DNA of 64,000 bases, taken from positions 2,301-66,300 of the forward strand of contig PAPR01000078.1 in assembly GCA_002709085.1 (NCBI GenBank). The letters run 5' to 3'. The translations under genes and the position numbers were made by a program. Shown in pieces: positions 57,379 through 64,000 of the stretch (position 1 is its first letter; each line of letters starts with the position of its first letter). This DNA is from Pseudooceanicola sp. Lineage in GTDB: Bacteria > Pseudomonadota > Alphaproteobacteria > Rhodobacterales > Rhodobacteraceae. The notes under the pieces are model-generated. The model ran no database searches. It was not told the DNA's origin and saw only the letters and a list, made by a program, of their open reading frames with translations.

Positions 57379-59844
57379 ATGACCCTGATGAGTACAACAT
57401 CAAAGCTGGCCACTTCGGTTGACCAGCTAACCGGAGAAGCAAACGTTACCAAGGCGCAGCTCGACGCCAAGGTGGTGCTGGTCGACGCGGCGGTTGTTAC
57501 GACACAGGCCGAACAGACTGCAACCGAGGCAGCCCGGGACGAGGCGGCAGCACGAGCGACTGACGCTGAAACCCATCTTGCGGCCGTGAAGGCTGGTGTG
57601 ACTTATCAGGGCATCAGCGCGATCTTCGCAGAGAAAGCCGTGACCGCCGTGGACGTGTTCGTCTACGATACGAGCCTCGACAGCGACGGTGGGGCATGGC
57701 GCAAGCGGTGCCAGCACACGAGCTGGTATAATGAGCCGCTGAACACCGCAGAGCGCGGGGCTCGGCGCGAGTTCCCAGCGGTTGCCGTGATAATTGCCGT
57801 CGCGGGGGATGCCATCACCATTTATGATGCAGATGACCCAATGTTGCCTATGTGGATGGTATTCCCGCGAGGCAGTACAACGCACTGGTTTGATAGCGCA
57901 CAGGATGTCACATGCGTTTCGGCCCTGAATAGCGTCGTTTGCGTCGGCAGCAAATTTGACGAAGAAAACCGGGGAGGCCTACGCGTGTTCAACTTCGCAT
58001 CGGACACGGGCCAACATTTTGCTGGGACATATCAATCCTACAATTGGTATTATGCTGGTGGCATTGCACAGCGGGGTATAACTGGACGCACCTACAACGG
58101 CAGCGGTAATTTGATCGTCGATAGGCGGGTCACTGATGTCACACTGGCTGCGCTCCCTGATGCGCCCATCGACCTCACGACCGGTCTGCCAGTGCCGACA
58201 ATCGCTGTTTCGACACTCGGCGGGGTGTCCATCATTAAAAATAGCGGGGCGGTCGTGAACGATCTCTACGCCAGAAGTGTTTACCGCCTCGAATTTGCGG
58301 ATAGCAGCTTGGTTTGGTGCCCGACATCCAACCCAGAAAACTGGTTCATCACTGACAAGATTGGCGATGTCGAGGACGGTTGGGTCTTCTCCGAGTATTT
58401 GAGGCGGGAAGATTTGATCGGAGACGACTATCCACGCGGGCCGCAGGCAACATCAGCAAACAATCGCCACGCCTATCTTGGTGACAGCATCTTCGCAACT
58501 TCCAACACGGTAGCCCCTTCAGCTGGTGTCTTCCTGTATCAGCGAGGAAGGGCAGTATCGTTCAACAAAAACGAGGGCTTGATTGCCAAGATTACATCAA
58601 CCTTCAATTCCGGATGGATGCTGGGCGACATTAGAGGCGCATTCTTATCCTCGGTCGACAGCTCACCCTTGAGTGGCGGCGATGAAATCACGACAAATGG
58701 CGAATTCGAAACCGATACGGTTTGGGTAAAAGATAGCGGATGGTCGATCGAAGGCGGCCTCGCATCTTATGATGGCGCGACGTATGGCTCGCTGTCCCAG
58801 CAAAATTCTGGGATTCAGGCCGGCAAGACATATCGAGTTACGATTTCAATTGGCACCAATGCCTCCGGGGCTGGCCAATTCTTTGTTCAACTCAAAGGCG
58901 CCCAGTCTGGCCAATATAACTTCGCATCAGGCACCAGCTATACATTTTACCTGACGGCCGGCTCGAGCGGTAACGACATCGGGATCTACTCCAATTCAAC
59001 ATTCCCTTTCACCATCGCAAAGATATCAGTTTTAGGAGCTGACTTGGACGTATCGCCTCGGGGCGCGATGAAGTCCGCGGGACTGCTCGTTCACGGGTCG
59101 ATTATTCGAGAGCAAGTGGCATCCGGGGCGGAACTCTCTGGGTATCGAGGATTTTCCGATCTCAATTTCCTGTCGCTTGAAAACACGGACGCGTTGGATA
59201 CCGGTAGCGGCGACTTTTCCTACATGGGCTGGGTCTTTAATCCCAGTATTTATGATACCTTTCTAAGCCGCAGCGATGGCGCCGGGCTTGGCTGGTATCT
59301 CCAGCGCGGCAATGGTCAATTCTGGTTCTCAAGTACCGTTGGAGGAAGCATTAACGCTGGCGCAATCCCAGACACTGGGTGGTCATTTATTTGCCTCTCA
59401 CAGAACAACGGCGTTGTTTCAGGCTATGTGAACGCAGCTTTGATCGGAACAGGCCTTGGCTCGGCTAATATGTCGATTCCAAACAGCGTTTTAACCTTTG
59501 GGATCAAACGCCCTGATCTTGCGGGGGCCATTGACACAATGACTGGGAAAATGGCGCTGTGGCGGTTTTCTGCGACGGCGCCGACCCCTGAGCAATTCCG
59601 AAAAATCTACGAAGATGAACGCAAGCTGTTCCAGCCCGGTGCGCAGTGCACCCTCTACGGCACGAGCGATGCGGTCACTGCGCTGGCGTACGACCCCAAG
59701 ACCAACTTGCTGCACATCGGGACTTCGGCGGGCCGCTCCACCTTCGACGGCCTGCAACGTGTGGCCAACACCGAAACCCCGGTCACGACCGCCATCTCGG
59801 CGGTCAACGGCCTGATCGCGGAGCAATGGCGACATGACCGTTAG
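57379..59844 (+). CDS. Receptor-binding/tail fibre protein 2 (paralog of 54805-57315)
   Basis: Same YDTSLDSDGGAWR...RGARREFPAVA block and conserved C-terminus; divergent middle. Confidence 0.75.
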   Translation: MTLMSTTSKLATSVDQLTGEANVTKAQLDAKVVLVDAAVVTTQAEQTATEAARDEAAARATDAETHLAAVKAGVTYQGISAIFAEKAVTAVDVFVYDTSLDSDGGAWRKRCQHTSWYNEPLNTAERGARREFPAVAVIIAVAGDAITIYDADDPMLPMWMVFPRGSTTHWFDSAQDVTCVSALNSVVCVGSKFDEENRGGLRVFNFASDTGQHFAGTYQSYNWYYAGGIAQRGITGRTYNGSGNLIVDRRVTDVTLAALPDAPIDLTTGLPVPTIAVSTLGGVSIIKNSGAVVNDLYARSVYRLEFADSSLVWCPTSNPENWFITDKIGDVEDGWVFSEYLRREDLIGDDYPRGPQATSANNRHAYLGDSIFATSNTVAPSAGVFLYQRGRAVSFNKNEGLIAKITSTFNSGWMLGDIRGAFLSSVDSSPLSGGDEITTNGEFETDTVWVKDSGWSIEGGLASYDGATYGSLSQQNSGIQAGKTYRVTISIGTNASGAGQFFVQLKGAQSGQYNFASGTSYTFYLTAGSSGNDIGIYSNSTFPFTIAKISVLGADLDVSPRGAMKSAGLLVHGSIIREQVASGAELSGYRGFSDLNFLSLENTDALDTGSGDFSYMGWVFNPSIYDTFLSRSDGAGLGWYLQRGNGQFWFSSTVGGSINAGAIPDTGWSFICLSQNNGVVSGYVNAALIGTGLGSANMSIPNSVLTFGIKRPDLAGAIDTMTGKMALWRFSATAPTPEQFRKIYEDERKLFQPGAQCTLYGTSDAVTALAYDPKTNLLHIGTSAGRSTFDGLQRVANTETPVTTAISAVNGLIAEQWRHDR

Positions 59845-60133
59845 CATTTCCAAGCCGGAGCTGAACCTGCGCGAGGAGCTTGCCGCTCTGCGCGCCAAGG
59901 TCGCTGCTGGCGTCGTGCAGGAGGCCTTCTGGTTCTCTGGCGACGGCGCGACCACCACATTCGCGCTACCGCGCGGGTGGAAACCGAAGTTCGTCTATGT
60001 CGGCGGCGCGCTGAAGCGCCCCGGCACGGGTGAGGACTACACCGTCTCATACGACGGGTTCATCTGCTCGCTGTTTTTCGCGGTGGCCCCTGCCACGGTG
60101 GACGTTGGCGTGATCTGCATGCGGGAGGTCTGA
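59834..60133 (+). CDS. Tail fibre-associated small protein
   Basis: SGDGATTTFALP...VYVGG...DYTV. Confidence 0.65.
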   Translation: MTVSISKPELNLREELAALRAKVAAGVVQEAFWFSGDGATTTFALPRGWKPKFVYVGGALKRPGTGEDYTVSYDGFICSLFFAVAPATVDVGVICMREV

Positions 60134-60136
60134 TCC

Positions 60137-60763
60137 ATGACCGTTTTCATCAAGAAGGGCGACGCACCCCTGAGTCTGCGTCAGGCGACCAAGCGTGGCA
60201 TGGCCCATGTTGCGGCGGAGCTGGCACAGGCGGGCGCACGGACGGGCGATGAAGAGCTGCTGCGGGTGATCCCGCACGCTGACCTCACTCTGCGGCTCGC
60301 GACCGTTGTGCAGGCTTTGGGGCACGTTTCCTACCAAGCCTATGCGTTGGGCTGGGAAGCCGACAACCTCGTGAATGGAGAACACAACCTGTTTAACCAC
60401 CAGCTGGCGGCATACAGGGCGGCACAGGCGCGTCTGGCGCGGTATAAGCTGGCGGACGGTCGCCCCGAGATCACCGAGGAACTGCAGGCGATTGACCGCC
60501 TGGGCCAGCCCGTGTTCGACGAGACAAACGGGGAGCCGATGATGGAGACTGTCGTGGTGCAGGCGGCGATCGACCCGCTCCCGGCGGAGGTCGAGCAGCC
60601 CATCTACGATGAGGTGACCGGCGAGCAGACCGGTACAGAAATGGTATCCAACCCGGAAATCGTCCGGGACGAAGCCGAGCGGGCGGACGCAAGAGCGGTT
60701 GTCGATGAAACCTCCGCGGAAGTCATTGAATTTGCGAGCTCAGAAGCAGGCTTGTCGTCATGA
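60137..60763 (+). CDS. Hypothetical protein (tail fibre region)
   Basis: GGAGG RBS; internal QP.(F/Y)DE..GE repeat. Confidence 0.65.
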   Translation: MTVFIKKGDAPLSLRQATKRGMAHVAAELAQAGARTGDEELLRVIPHADLTLRLATVVQALGHVSYQAYALGWEADNLVNGEHNLFNHQLAAYRAAQARLARYKLADGRPEITEELQAIDRLGQPVFDETNGEPMMETVVVQAAIDPLPAEVEQPIYDEVTGEQTGTEMVSNPEIVRDEAERADARAVVDETSAEVIEFASSEAGLSS

Positions 60764-61107
60764 CGTCCAGGGTCTTGAACAAAAGGTCGGCCGTGCCCGG
60801 AAAGGTGCCAACAACGGCCCAGATTAATCTCGGTGAGCTGGCGATCAATACCCGCGACGGCAAGCTATTCCTCAAACGCGATAACGGAAACGGCACATTT
60901 ACGATTGTCGAGATCGGGTCGCCGCAAGCGGTCGCAGCAAGTCTCGGCCTTGGTGCCCTTGCATATGGGCAAGTTGGCGACTGGACCGTCACGGCTGATG
61001 CAAGCGGCAATCTGCGGTTCTATCACGATGGCGCAGCACGGATGCGTCTTGATCCAGACGGAAATCTGATCGTGTCCGGCGACATAACTGCATTTGGGGC
61101 ACCTTGA
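60760..61107 (+). CDS. Short tail fibre protein (T4 gp37 N-terminus-like)
   Basis: KRSAVPGKVP...GELAINTRDGKLFLK; C-terminal GNLIVSGDITAF. Confidence 0.65.
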   Translation: MTSRVLNKRSAVPGKVPTTAQINLGELAINTRDGKLFLKRDNGNGTFTIVEIGSPQAVAASLGLGALAYGQVGDWTVTADASGNLRFYHDGAARMRLDPDGNLIVSGDITAFGAP

Positions 61108-61109
61108 TC

Positions 61110-61832
61110 ATGGCAGTCATGGTGTCTGGGGCTTTGTCTCTCTCGAGCATCGCTACCGAATTTGGTGGCGATGCTGAGTTGCCCTTGAGTGCTTTCTATC
61201 GCGGGGCCGGTCGTGTCCCTGCCGCGGGTGCGCCCAACCTGCGGATTCCCGCGAATGGTACAATATCGTTTTCTGCATTCCGTGGCGGCGCTCTGACGGC
61301 AGTCGTCGATTGTGAAATCATCGGTGGTGGCGGGGGCGGCGGACATGGTGTGGGGGATGGCACTGCCTCGGGAAGAGCGATTTCCGGTGGTGCCACAGCG
61401 ATCACATCAGCAGGCAAACAGCTGGTTTCGGCGGCAGGTGGTTTGGGCGGCTTGAACGGTCAAGCACCACGTTCTGGAAATAACGGCGAAGGGACAGCGT
61501 ACGGTCCTGGTGGCATCGGAGGAAACGTCAACGCTGCCGGGAGCTCAGCGCCAAATTCATCTTATGGCGCTGGTGGAGGCGGTGGGGGCGGTGACAACCC
61601 ATCGACCTATGACTCGTCCGGTGCGGGCGGGTTTGGTGGCTCGGCTGGGACTAGGCGCGCAGGCTCAATCCAGGTGGTCTACGGTGCTGTGCTGACCATC
61701 AGCATCGGCGCTGGCGGCCCCGGTTCTAATGCCGGATATCGCGGAGGCGATGGAGCTGCGGGATATGCACGCCTGACCTGGGACGAAAAAGCCGCCAGCT
61801 TTACAGCGAGCGGCTCGGTGGTTGTCGACTAG
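61110..61832 (+). CDS. Glycine-rich adhesin-like protein
   Basis: SGALSLSSIATEFGG...GTISFSAFRG N-terminus and multiple poly-Gly motifs. Confidence 0.65.
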   Translation: MAVMVSGALSLSSIATEFGGDAELPLSAFYRGAGRVPAAGAPNLRIPANGTISFSAFRGGALTAVVDCEIIGGGGGGGHGVGDGTASGRAISGGATAITSAGKQLVSAAGGLGGLNGQAPRSGNNGEGTAYGPGGIGGNVNAAGSSAPNSSYGAGGGGGGGDNPSTYDSSGAGGFGGSAGTRRAGSIQVVYGAVLTISIGAGGPGSNAGYRGGDGAAGYARLTWDEKAASFTASGSVVVD

Positions 61833-61842
61833 GAGGCGTAAA

Positions 61843-62397
61843 ATGCAGTTTCTAGAGATCGACGCGTTGACGGGATATTCGGCTGCACTGGATGCCCTGA
61901 CTGAAGGCCAGCGCGCGGCACTGGTGGAAATCGTATTTTGTTTCAGGCTTGGCGTCTTATCGGCCACAGCTGTGTTTAGCGACGTTGAAACCCTGCGCGA
62001 AGTCACCGGTCAGGTCCCCGACGAAATCGAGTTCGCCGTAACTTGGCGTTATGGCGTTGACCTCGAAAGCCTGTCGCACGGACAACGCGCCCGTTTCTAC
62101 GTCGATGGTCACGATCCAGAACACGTGCTCCTTGGTTTCACCTATTCCCCCGTAGGGGTGCTGGAAGAATGGAAACGATATCGACGGGACCCTGATTGCA
62201 AACAGCGCCTCCTGATCGATCGGTTCGATGCCACGGGCGAAGCAAAATCGATCGGAGAGGTGGAAAGAGCTGGTGGTCCAGATCTATGGAAAGGGCCACT
62301 TGATCTGCCGGAAAAGGCCAAGCAGGCAGGGTTGCATGTCATCTACCTCGCGAAAGAAACGAAAGATCAGAGTTACTTGCGCATATTCCAATCATGA
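61843..62397 (+). CDS. Hypothetical protein
   Basis: AGGAGG RBS; no family recognised. Confidence 0.6.
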   Translation: MQFLEIDALTGYSAALDALTEGQRAALVEIVFCFRLGVLSATAVFSDVETLREVTGQVPDEIEFAVTWRYGVDLESLSHGQRARFYVDGHDPEHVLLGFTYSPVGVLEEWKRYRRDPDCKQRLLIDRFDATGEAKSIGEVERAGGPDLWKGPLDLPEKAKQAGLHVIYLAKETKDQSYLRIFQS

Positions 62398-62416
62398 CTG
62401 CCGCACCTGCAGATTT

Positions 62417-62431
62417 GTTCATGAAATGTTC
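62417..62431 (+). promoter_or_regulatory. LexA-box-like site GTTC-N7-GTTC
   Basis: GTTC-ATGAAAT-GTTC in the gap between convergent genes. Confidence 0.5.
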
Positions 62432-62458
62432 TTGTGACGATGAGGGTGAAGTGCCATC

Positions 62459-63838
62459 TCACCCGAGCAAAGCCCGTTTCACCCGATCCACTCCCTTCAC
62501 AACCAGTTCAGCGTCGCCGCGCGCCTCGACGTTCAGCCGCACAACCGGTTCGGTGTTTGAACTGCGCAGATTAAAGCGCCATTCGCTCATGTCGAAGCCC
62601 AACCCGTCCATTTCGTCGATGGATATTGCTTCGGGTTCAAATGCTGCTCGAACTCTCGCGATGGCGGCCTGAGGATCTTCCAACGTGAAATTGATCTCCC
62701 CTGAGGAGGGAAACGCCGCTTTTCGATCCGCGACGAGATCCGCAAGAGGACCATACCGGCTAACCAGTTCAGCAACGAGCAGCCAGGGGATCATGCCGCT
62801 GTCGCAGTTGACGAAGTCGCGAAAATAGTGATGCGCGGACATCTCACCGCCATAGACAGCGTTTTCATCACGCATGGCTTGTTTGATGAAGGCGTGACCC
62901 GTGCGGGTTTGGACAGCGCGACCGCCAGCTTTCGCTACAAGATCCTGTGTGTTCCAGATGATCCGCGGATCGTGGATGATCGTCGCACCTGGGTCTTTCG
63001 CAAGAAACGCTTCAGCTAGAAGGCCGACGACATATTCGCCGTCGATGAAGGCTCCTGTGCGATCGAAGAAGAAGCAGCGGTCAAAATCACCGTCCCACGC
63101 CAAGCCGAAATCAGCGCCAGTGTCGCGCACTGCTTCTGCGGTCGCGGGCCGATTTTCTGGAAGGAGCGGGTTTGGAATGCCCTGTGGGAAGCTGCCGTCA
63201 GGTTCGTGGAACAGACATTCGAACACCAGCGGTGCGCCAAGGTCTGCAAGCCTTTCAGCAATGGCATCAAATGTCGGTCCAGCAGTTCCATGGCCCCCAT
63301 TCACTACGATTTTCAGCGGCTTCAGCGCGGAGATGTCAACAAACTGGCAAATGCGCTCTACGTATGCCGCGCGTGCCTCTTCGGCGGTGTCGTGGATCTT
63401 GCCGAGAGTAGCGCTTTTCTCGAACGCATTTTCTTCGGCCAGTTCTTTGATCCGCACCAGTCCAGTGCCTGCATCAAGTGGCGCCGAACCAGCCCGCACC
63501 ATCTTCATGCCGTTGTAATCCATCGGGTTGTGTGAGGCGGTGACGCAGATCCCGCCATCGGCCCCGAAATGGGTGGTCGCGAAATACATCTCCTCTGTGC
63601 CAGAGAGCCCGAGGTCAAGCACCTCGCAACCTTGATCGATCAGACCTTGAGCGACGCTTTTTGCCAGTGTTTCAGAAGATGCTCGGACATCACGTCCGAG
63701 AAAGACTGTTTTCGCATCCAGTGCCACCGCAAAGGCAGCGCCAATCTGGTAGGCGATGTTTTCGTCCAGATCGATGCCTAGGCGGCCGCGGATGTCGTAG
63801 GCTTTGAAGCAAGTGAGATCCAAGTTAATCCGCTCCAA
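62459..63838 (-). CDS. manB: Phosphomannomutase/phosphoglucomutase
   Basis: FKAYDIRG, TASHNP, DGDFDR, GEMSAH, RSSNTEP; TTG start. Confidence 0.95.
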   Translation of the reverse strand: MERINLDLTCFKAYDIRGRLGIDLDENIAYQIGAAFAVALDAKTVFLGRDVRASSETLAKSVAQGLIDQGCEVLDLGLSGTEEMYFATTHFGADGGICVTASHNPMDYNGMKMVRAGSAPLDAGTGLVRIKELAEENAFEKSATLGKIHDTAEEARAAYVERICQFVDISALKPLKIVVNGGHGTAGPTFDAIAERLADLGAPLVFECLFHEPDGSFPQGIPNPLLPENRPATAEAVRDTGADFGLAWDGDFDRCFFFDRTGAFIDGEYVVGLLAEAFLAKDPGATIIHDPRIIWNTQDLVAKAGGRAVQTRTGHAFIKQAMRDENAVYGGEMSAHHYFRDFVNCDSGMIPWLLVAELVSRYGPLADLVADRKAAFPSSGEINFTLEDPQAAIARVRAAFEPEAISIDEMDGLGFDMSEWRFNLRSSNTEPVVRLNVEARGDAELVVKGVDRVKRALLG

Positions 63839-64000
63839 ACAAATCGCGCGTGAAAACTTTTGCGTGCACGTCGTGTAACTCGTCAGACAGGCGGTTTGCT
63901 ACGATCACGTCCGCTTCGTCTTTGAAGGCGCTAAGGTCAGTGACGACACGGGAGCCAAAAAACGTGGTCTCATCCAGCGCCGGTTCATAGACGATCACTT
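63825..64000 (-). CDS. ugd: UDP-glucose 6-dehydrogenase, C-terminal part
   Basis: Hand translation: VIVYEPALDETTFFGSRVVTDLSAFKDEADVIVANR...KVFTRDLFGAD*. Confidence 0.88.
   Translation of the reverse strand, partial: VIVYEPALDETTFFGSRVVTDLSAFKDEADVIVANRLSDELHDVHAKVFTRDLFGAD

Larger units (their letters stand above)
2880..62400. mobile_element. Prophage: lambda-like cos/head plus P2-like contractile tail, serine recombinase, adjacent to tRNA-Ser; right end not defined
   Basis: Ordered integration, regulation, replication, packaging, head, baseplate, sheath/tube, tape measure, lysis and tail-fibre modules. No duplicated tRNA 3' end seen in the window. Confidence 0.9.

Noticed and set aside
59821-59844. 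Possible lost stop codon (CAA TGG) in RBP2
   Set aside because: It adds only five residues relative to the paralog and cannot be judged without homologues.
54085-61832. Diversity-generating retroelement suggested by the Mtd-like N-terminus
   Set aside because: No reverse transcriptase and no adenine-specific TR/VR pair seen in the window.
1-64000. CRISPR array and long antisense ORFs (e.g. 22313-23701, 39643-41364)
   Set aside because: No repeat-spacer array seen; the antisense ORFs are shadows of GC-rich genes.

Overview
GC-rich alphaproteobacterial (Rhodobacteraceae-like) chromosomal window. Bases 1-2879 are host DNA: a partial D-Ala-D-Ala carboxypeptidase gene, a SPOR lipoprotein gene, a decayed IS256 and tRNA-Ser(TGA). 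A temperate prophage of about 59 kb or more starts right after the tRNA. It carries a DUF2924/large serine recombinase integration module, a regulatory module, a replication operon (AAA ATPase, helicase with an in-frame TAG, nuclease, primase-helicase, RuvC-like), a lambda-like cos site and head (GpA terminase, portal, S49 protease, gpD/gpE-like), a P2-like contractile tail with PAAR, a lysis cassette and an expanded receptor-binding region. Accessory cargo includes three toxin-antitoxin pairs, a ParB-methyltransferase, VanZ and a WecA/MraY-like gene; manB and partial ugd close the window. The most notable signal is a candidate CI-independent induction cascade. An alphaproteobacterial LexA box lies over a sigma70-like promoter driving a two-gene operon whose second product has an OmpR-type winged helix. 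Four ACACAC boxes at exact 11-bp spacing precede a phage sigma-like gene, and two outward-facing 40-bp near-identical motifs point into the excision and replication operons. Family assignments come from motif recognition only; no searches were run.
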